A stretch of 64,000 bases of DNA from NCBI GenBank assembly GCA_012026655.1, contig JAAILG010000047.1, forward strand, positions 62,001 to 126,000. The letters are read 5' to 3'. A program made the position numbers and the translations under genes. Below the pieces are notes generated by a model. That model ran no database searches. It worked only from the letters and a program-made list of their open reading frames with translations, and was not told where the DNA came from. Numbering within the stretch: the stretch's first letter is position 1; every line of letters starts with the position of its first letter. This document shows, in pieces, positions 34,301 through 47,000 of the stretch. This stretch comes from Hydrolagus affinis. Taxonomy: Eukaryota.

Positions 34301-37300
34301 TGCTACACACACTAGTGTCGGTTTTGCATTACTGCAAGTTTGTAAGTATGTACTGTACTGTATTCAGAGCAAGTTCATTACCAAAAGATACCGACCCTCT
34401 GCGAGGACATTTTAAACTTAATACTCAGTTTTCCACATTGAAATAGAGAACAACAACTAAGTGGATCTCCTGGGTTTCAAACCTCAAACTCCTCCCGGTC
34501 ATAAATCTGAGGCTCAAGCACTTAAGCTGTCCGCAGGATGTTGCAGCTAATCATACCTGTTGCCAAGACAACCTTCAAAGCCGACACCATTGCAAAAGTT
34601 GTACCAACTATTGTTAAACATCTGAACAACTAACATTTTGTATTTATTTCACTTGCAGCCTGATCTTGACGCGGCACAGGTGGAGGAGTTGCCCATTGTT
34701 CGATACTGCGCTGTGTCAGCAATAGAACATAGCCACAATTTAGCCGTTACTGACTTATGTTGGCTCCCAGATCATTTTGAGGTAAGGGGACGGTTTTATT
34801 TTTCATTTATTTTAATGGAAACTGATGTTTTTGTTGTTGCAATTTTCATTTGGTTTCTCCCTTCCTCCTCTCCCAAAGGCTTCACTGGGCTGCAGTTCTG
34901 ATTCCTTGCCCAAGTGTTCATTTTTCTATACAGTGCTTGTTGGAACGCTTCACAGACGAGTCCAATTCTGGTCTCACTTGATATCCACACAGATAATGAA
35001 AGCCACTGGATGGTAATCAGGAGCAGACGCTTGGCTACATTGTTCTTCCCAAAGCCAGGGATGCTGAAGTTATTTGGAGTGCTCCAATTACCACCATAGC
35101 AGAGATCAACTAACTTACCACAGATTACAATAATGATAATATTATTTTGCCCAACAAAATATACAGTCAATCCACTTCAGAGTATATTCTGTGAAGCACT
35201 TTGAGACATCACAAAGATGCGATAAGGTGTTATATCAAATAAAAGGAATATTATTGTTAATAATAATTTAGTGCCTTTCGCATTGAAGCACATCTCAAAC
35301 CGCTTCACAACAATAACAACAAAATTACATTTGTAGAGCGCCTTTCATGGTTGTCATGCCTTGAAGGAAGCAAAGGAGAGAGCAAGGCGAAGGCATGATG
35401 CACAAAATGCACTGGAAAGTGTAGAAGCTGTGTAATTTTATGGGGGAAAAAAGAACACAATTCTTGACTTTCTTTACTCAATGGCTTTAATGCTTTGTGT
35501 TTTTATTCACTTGACTCTCAGAGGAGCTAATTTGCAGTTCAGTTACAAGACAACCCATTTGTAGCATGTTTTGTGGGGTCCATTCATTCAGACACATAAT
35601 TTGGGTCACAAAGTTGGAGATGGACTGATAAAGGCCATAAAATGAACACCTTTTCTTTCTCTCTAGGTGACAAGGCTTGGTACTCCTTCTGAGAGTAAGG
35701 ATGGCATTTGTGTTCAACTCATCACGTGCTCTCCTGATTGGTAATTTGTATTTTCACATATAAAATACTCCTCCTGGCACTTTGCGTCCTTTTTTTTTGG
35801 AAGGTTGAATATTTTATGCTTTTGTTTACCCAAATAGTTTGAACCCATTTCACCTCAATCATAATTCACTGCCAATCACAGCCTTGTTTTAGAAATACCT
35901 ATCTATTTCCACAGCAATGTGTTATTTTGGGATGTTCGACACCCAAAAGTCTTAGCACGATCAATGCTGGACAAAAGGAAAGGAGATGAAAAGGAGCTGG
36001 AAAATCCTGATGGAATACCTGATACGTTTAAGCACCTAGATCTCTGCTGGTCCCCTCTACTTTCGGTATTGTAAATATATTATGTGTGTATGTGTATATA
36101 TATATACACACACACTCTTAAATAACATCCTTTCATTTGCAATTATATTTAGAGTATTTACTGTTATTCTCTTATGAAATTGGTCCTGGATGTTGTTGGA
36201 AGCAAACGTTGTACTGGCGTAATAAATAAGGCAACAGGATGATGTTTGAGTTTAATCGATGCCACATTTTCAAATGATTTAACTGCATTTAAAGTGAATA
36301 CTTTCAAGGGTCTGAGTTCCAGATATTGACAGTGTCAGAGACAGAATTGCAATAGATAAGAGAAACATTGCACAGAGCCTCACCTTGACATTGTGGATAG
36401 ATATCTTGGATACATGAATCATGTTGGGATATTCACACAGCAGCAGCCTTGTGTCTGGCAAGAGCAGGAAGATGTGTCTCAAGTAAAAGAGGTCTTGCAT
36501 TGCTTCATTCACAGTCTGGTCAATGACTGAAATCTTAGAATGTCCCTTTCATGTTGGAGAGGATGATTCTCTGTCTGCAAATTACTCTTCAAGTCAATTG
36601 GGCTGTAGGCCCTCGGGCTGTAAGAAGGCTCTCCTGCAGTTTGTCAAATACTGTATTATTAATAGAATAATTTTTTTATGTGTGAGACACTGTCATTTGT
36701 TGATAGTGATATGCAAAGCTAGATAAATAAAGAGGGTATCGCTTTGATTTTCTCCAAATATTACGAACAAGAAGAAATCTTGCATTGGTGAGAAGAGAGC
36801 AAACACACTCTTCGCAAAGTTGTTCATATGTCCAATTCAGCAAGCTGCCAAAAACTCTTTTACTGTATAGTATATCTGACTAGCAATTTCCCCTCTATCA
36901 ACAGATGACATTACCTAAGATTGCAAGCAATGGGGAATACAGTCCTTTGAAAATCAGCATTGGTGAGAAATTCGTGGTAAAGGCCCAGCTTGGTAATCTT
37001 ACATTTGGTACAATTTTTATTGCAATAGTTTCAAAAGGTGTAGGAACTGGACATCTATCCATGTGACACTTCTATTTGCTTCCTTGAGCAAATAAATAAA
37101 TACCTAATTTTTTTCAATTGATCAATTTTCAATTTTTCAAATCTAAATATACATATAAATATAAATCACTTAATTTACATCCTTGAAAACTGAGGCTGCT
37201 CTAATGAACAGTGCTGGATTTTTTTTAAAAAAAGACTGCAAATCAGCTTCTGCAGCTGTACATTGGAAACTGCAAACAAATCCAATTTTTGGAATCATTC

Positions 37301-40300
37301 TCCAAAATACTCAAACAATTAAATAACATGCACAATAGACAATTCTATTTAGAGATGAAGGCTGGGAGAATTTCCTGTAACGCTACAAAGGTTCATTCAA
37401 TGTTAAATTTGCACCATTTTAAGTTTTAACTTTATCTCAGCTATTCTGATGTAGTCCAGTACATGTATTTTTTTTTTTTTACAGTGCACCATGCATGTTC
37501 AGTTTAACATAATCCCAAACTAAAAGTTGGGATGAATGACTAAACCATAATTTCCAGACTAAATGGCTCTAATACTTTTTTGGGGTACTTTTTCTAAAAT
37601 TAAAAATTTAATCTAGAATTTTAGGTACTGTAATTTGAAACCAGAACTTTTCAAAATGACCTAAGTCAATAATCAGAATTCCTATGCTTTGTAGAGTAGT
37701 ATTTTTGAACATTTATGCTAAATAAAACAGTTAAACTACAAAGTTACTAGAGATAAAACTAATTAATTCTGCCGCAATCATAAATAGTGAATAAACAATA
37801 GCTTCACTTATTCTCAACAAAAGTGTCTTTATGGTGTACACCACAAGCACTGATTTTTAATGCTGTCATGTGGTGGAAAATCCAACACAGAACAGAGTGT
37901 TTTAGCTGCAAGTCATCTTTATAATTGTGAATCTAACAGTTTCAGTCCCGAAAAAAACATGCTATAGTGTTTTTTTCAGAATTGCATCCTTTTGCGTGTG
38001 CAAGATCGTAACACTTAAGGATCTAATATATCATTCTTGTTCCAAACAATATTTCATAAACAGAAAAAGCACTGGAAAATGTATTCAACATGATGGCAGT
38101 GCTCAAATAAATACAAGTTCAAGTTCCTGGAATTTTACAACTTTTTTTTAGTTAGATGTGTTGTAAGATCCATTTTTAGAGCAGTTATTCTGATCTTGAG
38201 TTTCTATTGAAAATTTGAACACAAAAATGCAACTGCACTCCTGCCAATAAATAAACATCACCTTCTGTACACTTTGCAGAGATTATATGCACTTTTCTTG
38301 TCTTCCTAGATAAACCAACAACCCATAGTAAAGTGGCCACTGTTCACGTCTTGGAATACTCCAGCCTTCGTGTTCCCTCTATCAGGAACCTGAAAACCCT
38401 GGACAATATTAATACATTTTCCTTCATAGGGACAGAAGTAAGATTCCTCATATCTCACTCCCAAATTCAGAAATGCCCAAAAGGGAATAAAGCAGCTCAA
38501 ACCATAACAATATGGGCTCTTATACTATCTACAACTTTGTCAATGTTCACACTCCCTTTGGTCTGAAATGGCTGCATTTCAAAAACTCCATAGTACATAG
38601 TGGTCCATGGAATGTTATCTATGAAAAGCAGCTGGTTAACAGAGGCTTAAATGTGGATAGCTTTACAAACTATCTTTAAGGTCTTAGAGATTCTTTATTA
38701 GAAAATACCCTTGGATGATTTCATAAATGGAGACAGAAGAGATTGTGGAAGAAGTCAATCTGATGAGTGACAAAATATATACTGTACAGTACCTAAGTAG
38801 ATGTCTAGTAAATCTGTTTCAAAAACATGCAACTCATTTTGGATCTATTATACTAGGATGGAGAAATTGTTTATACAGACTGGCGGGTGGAAAAAGACAA
38901 TGATACAGGAAAGCTGATTAGTAAGTATGCCTTCTGAATTCTGTGGAAAAAAACTTACCGCAAATTAAATATTGTTGTTAGATGGAATTTTATAATCTTT
39001 AGGTCTCTGGGAACTCCAGCATTGGCTTACGGCAAGTGTGTTATGGTTTCTCTTGATAAAATGGGGCTCACTTCTGAGGGGTGGGACAGTGGCGGAGTTG
39101 CAGTGGTGAGGGAAGGCAGAATGGGTCGTGGCTTGGATGAGGAAAGACAGTTAAAGATCGAACAAGACATCTAGGTTCCTGACTGGTTTGGTGAACATTG
39201 TATGCTTTAAAAAATTTTAAACACCTTTCACTGATCTGAACAAATTTCACATAAATAATGTTTTATTTTCCAATTTATTAATAGCTGATTAAATACTTTT
39301 AGGACAGAAAATGATCAAATGTAGAAACATAACTGATCCTATGCGTGTCTTCAATGAAATTCATAATAAATGTTTCATTTTTTTCAAAAAGAGTTTTAAG
39401 AAGCCAACTTCCTTTCGTAGGTATTTAACAACTTCTTTACTTCTCAATTCCCCAGGTCCTTCACCATCTCACTGTTTTTCAATCCATGATGGTCCAGTAC
39501 AAATTGTACAAAGATCCCCTTTCTTCAAAGACATTATTCTGTCTGTTGGGGGTTGGACATTTGCCATTTGGAAAGAAGGTGTTTTTGTAAGCCATGGTTA
39601 ATTGTTTTCTTTTTCTCTTTATTGATTGTTATCTATGGAACAAATGTGAAGTCTACACACCCGTTTTCATTTAATTTTGGCAATTTCCACTCCATTGGTT
39701 AATGGAAGCCACACAATTTGAAAGAATTGGAACATTTTAAATTTGGTTTGTATAACTTTAATTAAACCTTCCAAGTCTGAAGTTTCCTCCATTCGAAATA
39801 CTAATGGTTTTTTGGTATCTCCTTAATGGTTTCTTAAGATGTGAGACCGGTGTTCGAATCCAGGCAGGCCAGGGCAAAACCTTGGGCAAGTTTCCTTAAT
39901 CCACTCCAATATTAATCCGTCTGAAAAAAACACAATACTGTAATAAAAATTGGTCATTTCAATCCACCACTCTTTGTGTGGCACTGCTGTGCGCAATTGG
40001 CTGCTGCATTTTGCCCACAAATATACAGTCATTTCACTTTACAGTGTATTCTGTGAAGCACTTTGAGACGTCAATAAGATGTGAAAAGTGCTATTACCAA
40101 ATGCAAGGATTATTATTATTATATCTTGAGGCAGATTTCCCAAATAAACATTCCGGTTTTCGACTGAAATATGGTTGAAACAGAAGAGGAACTTTAAACA
40201 TACCGAGAATTCACAAACCTGACAACTACAAGGATTAATACATAGATAACACTGGAATCTGCAATTAAAGATAGCGATCAATATTATTGTTATGGTGATG

Positions 40301-43047
40301 CATTTTGTACCTATTGTTTCAGATTGGTCCACTTTTCCATTCAGCGTGCTCTCTTAAACGGTGTACTACTGGCCACTGGTCCATCTCGAGACCTGGGGTT
40401 TTCCTGATTGGAAAAGAGAACGGGAACATTGAGGTTTGGGATCTCCTGGAAAAGACACACGAACCCTCACAGATACAGAATATCTCCTCGGCTCCGATAA
40501 CTTGCATCAAACCCTGGATTTTCTCACGTATGTATCACTACTGGCAAAAACAATCGGCTCCCAATCTGAAGTGGTATAAACTTTGGATCACTTTTGAATG
40601 ATTTTGAAAGCTCTACTCTTGCATTGAATTGCTGGTTAGATTAACACCGTAAGAGTGGAGATTTTATTTTACAACAACAAACAAAAGAACAAAAATTACA
40701 CTTGTATAGCGCCTTTCACGTCAGGAGGACGTCCCAAGGCGCTTTACCATAAGGATCAGGGAGAAATGTCACGTTTCCTTGACTTATCACTTAATGGTTA
40801 TTTACCAGTCTCACGAGAGTCAGGAAGAAACCATAAAAGTTCAGACCATACAGTACTTTTAGAAGTTGTGTACCTTTTCATAATCCTGCCGAGATAGCAA
40901 ACTCTTCTGGCTTCCTGAACTGATACTCTGAAGCATATCTACAGCATATAACAAGCTTAATTGTAGTAACAATAGGAAAACTTGGGGGGACATATTTCCC
41001 GCAGATAGACTAACTCGCTCCGAACCCAGTTCTACATTAACCACAGAGTTTATGACCTGTCACTGTGCTCAGTTTTATCTTTGTTTTATCAGCAAAGCAA
41101 CAGTTTCTGGCGATATCAGATGGTGCAGGTACATTGCTCATTCTCGAGGTGCCCTGGGCTATACGCCATACAACAACTCATGAAGTGAGTAGCAATACTA
41201 TTTTGTTTCCATAGTGTTCAAAGGACAGGATCCTATAAATCATCTTTCAGAACAGAAAACTCCTCTCTGAACCACTTTGATGTCCATCTGAATTAATTCT
41301 TTCTAATGTTTAGGAAGTCTCTCTGCGCAATTTGTAAATTAGTTTCCATATGTTCAATCAAAAATATTGCTGCTATGAAGTAAATTGATTGTATATTTTT
41401 GCAGTCAATTGCACACAGCAGTGTCCCACAAATAGTCGTGGATTGAGTGACCAAACTATTATTGTTTTTTTTTCTGGAGGTATTATTATCAGGCATGTGG
41501 AGTAAGAAAACATGCCCACGGTTTCCCCCTGGCGGGAATAGAACCCAGGTCTCCTGCTTGTGAGGCCAGTACTCACAAATAATAGCAATTTTTGCACAAA
41601 AATCATAGAGCACCCCCTCTCTTGCCTACTTCAAGAGACATCTCAAGACTCTCCTCTTCAACCGCACCTTCAGGCACTTTCTTACCCTCCCTGCCCTGCA
41701 CCCCCCACCACCCCTGATCTCAACCCCCTGCTTGGTCGGGTCCCAATCTCTGACTATTTTAACACCTTGGCACATCCACTCAGCATGAAAGACAATCTAC
41801 AAATGTACAATCCCTGCTGGCTGTAGAGGTGCAAAATACGTTTGGGTAGTCGCAAGTCAGGGTATCCCTCAACTAAAAAGTGGCATTTCTACTTTGCTAT
41901 ATGGCATTTTCCTACTCCCTGAACTTCGTAAATATACTTATTTTGATGAGTACAATCCTAACCCATTGCAGCATTTTTCTTTTACTCAACATAAAACAAC
42001 TAACCGATTGAAATCCTCTAATACTGTGTTACATTCGTGTGTTTTGTTTCCTCCAGAGATTTAACATTCTAAATTATTTTGAGAGAGAAGTGAAACGCTT
42101 GGAATATTTTGCTGCGAGAAAAAAAGAAAGATCGAAGGAGTCATCAGAAGAACCAGAGACAAGGGGATATGTAAATGAAATCATGCCTATTGGGAATTTC
42201 AAACATTTATACCATTCTTGCACAACATTATCCAAATGCGCATCTACAAAGGTCATACAATCCAGCCAGCATTTATATATACTGGTGTCACTGGGCTTCA
42301 GATTGAAGTACATGCAGTACTGTACACTACTCTGGGTGATTCAGAGTCCAGTTGACAGAGATTTAGTATTTTTATCTTGTTCGACTAATGGTACCCCAAA
42401 CTGCACATTGTTTCAGAGTACAGTGTGTGAAGTGGCTTCTGTTAGTATAACAAAAGTCTACACTGAGAGTTGAAGTCTGCAGAGTACAGTAGTGATTTCA
42501 TTACATCCTGAAGGCAGTGTCCATACATTTCAAACAGTTATGCGGGCATTGCAGTTTCAACATATTTGTGGATATTACATCAAAACCAGTCAAATTAATC
42601 ATCTGTGTTCACATTCCATTAACTTCAGCACTGCACAGAATATAGTATGCTTCTACAGCGATTGGAAAATCATTTCATATGATTCTCCAGCAAACAAATA
42701 TAGTCATTGAACTTTACAGTATGTTCTGTGAAGCACTTTGAGACATTTAGAAGACATGAAAAGCACCATATCAAATTATCAAATGCAAGGAGTAGTATAA
42801 TATATACTACTATATACAATATATATATATATACCTGTAGATACATCAAATGCAACAATTAACAATCAACTAGTCACTTACAGAAACATTTTTCATAATA
42901 TAATTTTTTTTTCAGCAACAAGGCACAGAGAAGCCGGAAGAACTGAAAGAACTTAAAAAGGCATATGATGCTTATTTGAAGTTGGAGAAACAAGTACTTA
43001 TGGAACTCAAATATTCAAAAACAATGGATATATTAACAGAAATGTAA
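25201..43047 (+). CDS. DNAI3: Dynein axonemal intermediate chain 3 (WDR63/IC140), 22 coding exons, 905 aa
   Basis: 22 exons sum to 2718 nt with no internal stop. Motifs: STQT (LC8-type), QQNEIMDVFYDDW, LKEYQSFTD, WNFNDPIHPQ, IAGGCKNGQVVLWDI, VQRSPFFKDIILSVGGW. Sits between MCOLN3 and SYDE2. Confidence 0.93.
25702..25737 (+). CDS. DNAI3: DNAI3 coding exon 2
   Basis: 36 nt, phase 1-1, tttcag|...|gtaagt. Confidence 0.75.
25767..25850 (+). mobile_element. SINE tRNA-head fragment
   Basis: gtggagtcctacagctcagtg...ggttcaattc. Confidence 0.8.
26876..27060 (+). CDS. DNAI3: DNAI3 exon (SLEGIVPLFLTPKTQEIF...SDFHPIKQTIL)
   Basis: 185 nt; the |gttggt donor is required by phase. Confidence 0.88.
27465..27569 (+). 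CDS. DNAI3: DNAI3 exon (DYPEEEILLVYDKDF...)
   Basis: 105 nt, atccag|...|gtatgt. Confidence 0.92.
28435..28563 (+). CDS. DNAI3: DNAI3 exon (...KPWISLGSEVEIEHE...)
   Basis: 129 nt, ttacag|...|gtcaga. Confidence 0.9.
28616..28845 (-). mobile_element. SINE 3' half
   Basis: (TAA)n tail and body match the family. Confidence 0.85.
29438..29637 (+). CDS. DNAI3: DNAI3 exon (LKFRISRLRKEFG...TSTQTKW)
   Basis: 200 nt, acgtag|...|gtaagt. Confidence 0.92.
30151..30267 (+). CDS. DNAI3: DNAI3 exon (TYPRNACTQ...)
   Basis: 117 nt, tttcag|...|gtaaat. Confidence 0.92.
30832..31022 (+). CDS. DNAI3: DNAI3 exon (FEVALQQNEIMD...IEWHPIFP)
   Basis: 191 nt, ggacag|...|gtaaga. Confidence 0.92.
31050..31245 (-). mobile_element. 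Diverged L2 3' fragment
   Basis: Tail gcgccctccacg, G-rich body, aagaggagggttttcagg. Confidence 0.65.
31849..31973 (+). CDS. DNAI3: DNAI3 exon (IIAVS...WNFNDPIHPQ)
   Basis: 125 nt, tatcag|...|gtatac. Confidence 0.92.
32271..32360 (+). CDS. DNAI3: DNAI3 exon (VILECPEDI...IAGGCKNGQ)
   Basis: 90 nt, tttcag|...|gtactt. Confidence 0.93.
32728..32814 (+). CDS. DNAI3: DNAI3 exon (VVLWDISAF...)
   Basis: 87 nt, ctctag|...|gtgagt. Confidence 0.92.
34659..34781 (+). CDS. DNAI3: DNAI3 exon (...VRYCAVSAIEHSH...WLPDHFE)
   Basis: 123 nt, ttgcag|...|gtaagg. Confidence 0.92.
35667..35740 (+). CDS. DNAI3: DNAI3 exon (VTRLG...QLITCSPD)
   Basis: 74 nt, ctctag|...|gtaatt. Confidence 0.92.
35915..36065 (+). 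CDS. DNAI3: DNAI3 exon (NVLFWDVR...FKHLDLCWSPLLS)
   Basis: 151 nt, ccacag|...|gtattg. Confidence 0.92.
36905..36992 (+). CDS. DNAI3: DNAI3 exon (MTLPKI...EYSPLKISI...)
   Basis: 88 nt, caacag|...|gtaatc; a same-phase alternative donor lies at 36962. Confidence 0.85.
38310..38437 (+). CDS. DNAI3: DNAI3 exon (...FIGTE)
   Basis: 128 nt, tcctag|...|gtaaga. Confidence 0.9.
38857..38920 (+). CDS. DNAI3: DNAI3 exon (DGEIVYTDW...)
   Basis: 64 nt, tactag|...|gtaagt. Confidence 0.92.
39075..39195 (-). mobile_element. Internal L2 ORF2 remnant
   Basis: Translates as VRNLDVLFDL*LSF...SAFPH, like the L2 RT motif VRNLGVxFDxxLSF...AFxHL. Confidence 0.65.
39456..39586 (+). CDS. DNAI3: DNAI3 exon (...HDGPVQIVQRSPFFKDIILSVGGWTFAIWKEG)
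   Basis: 131 nt, ccccag|...|gtaagc. Confidence 0.93.
39836..40120 (+). mobile_element. Near-full-length SINE
   Basis: B box gttcgaatcc, body and tail. Confidence 0.88.
40323..40527 (+). CDS. DNAI3: DNAI3 exon (IGPL...WSISRPGVF...WDLLEKTHEP...)
   Basis: 205 nt, tttcag|...|gtatgt. Confidence 0.93.
41093..41184 (+). CDS. DNAI3: DNAI3 exon (KQQFLAISD..GTLLILEVPW...)
   Basis: 92 nt, tatcag|...|gtgagt. Confidence 0.93.
41375..41576 (-). mobile_element. SINE lacking both ends
   Basis: B-box region and body match the family. Confidence 0.82.
41625..41820 (+). mobile_element. Diverged L2 3' fragment
   Basis: ttcaagagacatctcaagactctcctcttc, C-rich UTR, decayed tail. Confidence 0.65.
42057..42170 (+). 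CDS. DNAI3: DNAI3 exon (...YFEREVKRLEY...)
   Basis: 114 nt, ctccag|...|gtaaat. Confidence 0.88.
42916..43047 (+). CDS. DNAI3: DNAI3 terminal exon (...YLKLEKQVLMEL...EM*)
   Basis: 132 nt, ttttcag|, TAA at 43045-43047. Confidence 0.88.
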   Translation, partial: QQGTEKPEELKELKKAYDAYLKLEKQVLMELKYSKTMDILTEM

Positions 43048-43816
43048 CAGTTAACTACCAATTTTAATTGACAGTTGAAATATGTTTACACAAATTGATT
43101 ATTTACTTAAGGTTTACTTAAAATGTTTAAAGTCCTTTATTTGAAACACAGATTAACAGCATGTAGGAAATGCAATCCAACATTATTGCGTGAAAAATAG
43201 GTCTGAATATTTACTGTATTAATATCAATACAGACATTATTCATAGATTTGAATTCTGGTATTAATTTTCCAAATTTAACGGTACACTATTCATTAAGAG
43301 AATAAGCAATAATATTTTCTAGTTTTCTGTACAAACTACATTTTTTTTTGAAACTGCAATACAGAATGATGCTTGTGCTGCAAAAATCATTAATAGCAAT
43401 ACTCAGTCATGCTTGCACCTCCTAATATTACCGGTTCATTTAAGCCACATTTGAGCTGTATGTGGAGCAAACCCTTTGAAGGTATGAGGTTGAGAAGGTC
43501 AATGACCTATAATCTTTATTACGGAATACTAATGAAACAAAGAACACCTCGAGCCAAAAACCTTAGGCTGTAACCATGAATAAAAAAGCAGGAAGCTGCA
43601 AGACATAATAAAACTAAGGTTGCTAACATTATATTCCATGATAGATCTTTGAAACTACAATGCAGTTCAAATAAAAAGTGGGAGTCTGAATCTACAAACT
43701 ACATGAAAGGGGTTATATTGTTTACTTTTAAACAGCTGTGCATTTTTGTTTCAACTCATGTGAAACAATTAACAATAAATTCAGATAATATAAATTTGTT
43801 GTTATAGAACTTGATA

Positions 43817-44028
43817 CAGTAAAAGCCTGTTTATCCAGCACCCTCGGGACCTGGCCAATGCCGGTTAAAGTGCGTGCTGGATATTCAGCCGAAAACGCCC
43901 CCAAATAAATAAATAATGCATTTTTCTAATGTATTTTTCCAATAAATTCTGAATGCGGACCTTTTTTTTCAATGCCGGTTATATGGAAGTTTTGGTGGAT
44001 TGGGTGCTGGATAAACAGGCTTTTACTG
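43817..44028. mobile_element. 212-bp MITE, Tc1/mariner-pogo (Tigger-like)
   Basis: Perfect 27-bp TIRs cagtaaaagcctgtttatccagcaccc; TA target-site duplication at 43815-16 and 44029-30. Confidence 0.93.
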
Positions 44029-47000
44029 TAGTTAGATTTCAATCACTGAAACTGACTAGGCCTTCTTTGGTAACAATGAATATTAAACACCACAGGGTGA
44101 CCTCATTTTTTCCTGTGACTTAGTAACCTAAGGCTCATTGATTCTGCTGAATCAAGCATCCATATGGCTAAAGCAATAACAGACCACAAATGAAAAAATA
44201 CACTGAAGGGTTTCTGTAAATAGAAAAATTGAGAACTAGTTTAATGGCAGGTAAACTATTGATCTTTTATCCCAAACATCAAACAGTTATTATTAACTAA
44301 TTCTGTTAATCATTAACAGAACAGAATCAAGGGTTTTGTTTAATGACTAGGGATAACTATGAGAAACCTGAATATATATCTACATAAAAAGGACATGTTG
44401 AATACTGTACATGTATATTAGTGTGGTGTATTTGATCAAATACAGAATTTTTATGCAAACTGGTTATTTTGATAAGTATGAAATGTCTCAACATGCTTAT
44501 GGGAGCCAATTTGCGTTCTGAAAAGAGCTCATTTATATACAATCTAAGTACATAAATACAGATCTAATATCCTTTAAACAAAACTGGTTTGCTACTTGCA
44601 ATGCATTTACTATTATCCTAGGCCTTTCAAAAAGTCTCATCAAACAATGCTGAAATCACAAGTTATAATAAATCTTGTACAATTACTACAAGATGATCAG
44701 ATAATAATAATCAACAAGGCAGTTGATTTCATATTAATACTTTACAGCAATCACATCACTTTCCCCTACCTTTCCCAATTCATGCTCCAGGTTAATTGTG
44801 TGAAGTGTGTTGAGGCGTCCTCCTGATGTGAAATGCGCTACATAAATGTACATATTTGTTATTTTCTTCATATTGCCAGACCGACAATCAGGTGTTTAAA
44901 TTACCAGGTTAAGGATGACTCTCCTTTATAATATACCAAACATCTTTTGCTGATTCACCAAATAATATGCATCACATTGTACAAGTATCATAACAAACAT
45001 AAGATACATCACCAACTAACCCAAGAGAGCCCTTTATTACCTTAGTCTGAAAGGACGAGGACTGAAATAGAAGAGAACTTTGTTTTAGTTAAAAATTATT
45101 TCTGAAGTGACCTTCTAGATATTGCAAATCCTCAAATAGCCATTAGTGGTGACGTTCTTGAGCTTTAATACAAACATGAGCGGCATCCAATCAAGAAAGA
45201 TTATGAAAGTAGGTCAACATCGGTTGGCTAAATAAACAGGAATGAAGCACCAATATATTTCACAGAGGAATTTTCAATACCACATTTATTACCTCAAAGC
45301 TAATGAATGTGTTCATTTACCAGCTCTCTTGTTCTATGGAAAACAGGATTTTTTTTTGATGAAAGCCTCCTGTAGCCAGAAAGGTTAACACATCTGTCCA
45401 AGAGTGGTTTTGTTTAGGTTGCAAATTTCATATTTTCTTACTTGTGGGTTGACCATTTCTGCTGATGTAATCCACGGAATGTGAAGCACTGCATTTTGTA
45501 AGTCATTTGTGTACCACATATTACATGAATATATATATATAATATATATATATATATATGTGCATTGGAAAGATGAAGTAGCCTTTGAAACTTTAGCAGT
45601 TTACTTTTTTTATTTATATATTTTCAATTTTTTCTTTGCCAAAGTCTACATCTCAACATGGAATTACTCTATCTAAATTACAATCCCCAAAGATAATTAC
45701 AACTCATCAGATGAGATGCTCCATGGATAGAAAAGAGAACAGGAGTGGGATTGAAGCAGTGCTTTGCAACGTCATTCGCTAATAGCGACTCAGAGCTGCT
45801 AATTAGAATTTGGGCTATAATAACCTGTGTATACCAAGACAGATTAGCAAGAAGGAACTCTGTAACTTTTTTCACTGTGAAAGGAGGTTTCCATGAGCCA
45901 CCAGCCAACCTTAATAGCAGGGGTCAATATCAATGAATCTAGTTGTGATCTGTTGATGTTAAATCTTATCAGATGCTATTTGGATGGTTAAGAAACAAAT
46001 ATTCCCTAAAATTACATATCCAATCTCAGGTGAAAAAACATAATTACACAGGTGCTCTAATCCTTTGGGAACAATGCCAATGAAACAAAATTTGTTAAAT
46101 ATGCAGATTTTAATATTTGTGTCACAGTACAGATTTACTCAAATCATTAAAAGACATATTTACAGATTTAGTGATACCTTATTATCGAGGTTTTTATGTA
46201 ACAGATAATTCATACAACATTAAAATACAATTAAAAAATTGCAGCAGATAAATTACAGCCAGAAAAAATATTACAAAGAATCCTTTTAAAGCTGTGAGGA
46301 TATTAAAATAACCAAATGTTTCACATTATACATAGCACCACAGGATGCTGAAACAAGACAACACTACTTCGTTCACACTGCTGGTTTTTAAAAAAGAGTG
46401 TGTCAAATTTAGTCCATTAGGCTTTATACTGCCAGTAAATACTTCTAAAGAATGTTCTCAAAACATCCTAGTTATTCATAAAATCAGAGTGGAAAGAGTA
46501 TAAAAATAAAATATCGGCAAGTTTAGAACCTTAGTCCTGGAATTTATACTCTTCGTGTAAATAAAAGTGCCAAATCTATTCCCTATAACAGCCGATCATT
46601 CACCTCTTGGTTCAGTGGCCATCATTCCTCCAATTGAGCCGTCTTCCAAATATATTGCATGAGATCGCACAGATAGACCTGCTGCCTCTTAGTTTTTCAG
46701 GATCATTAAAGTTTCTGCATGGAGTGGGGGAAGTTGTAGAGGAGGTGGATCAACGGGATAGGAGGAAGTAATACAGGACTTCTATCCATTTGCAGCTAGG
46801 CTATGTCAGCTGAAGCATGTTTAAGTTTGAAGAAATTAAAGTGTAAGTGGCTCTCTGAATGGGGGGGAAGTGGGGAGTGGGGGAAGAAAGGAAGTGGATG
46901 ACAATGGGGAAGAGGAGAAAGTGGTTAACCATGCTGGCTACAGGTATATAGGATTCACTGTCATCCGTGAATTCCTACATACAACAATGGGCCACTGATA

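Noticed and set aside
36384-36633. Antisense exon-like segment in a DNAI3 intron (EPSYSPRAYSPIDLK..., donor AAG|gtgagg)
   Set aside because: Poor polypyrimidine tract, stops in all three frames, and no recognisable homology or partner exons.
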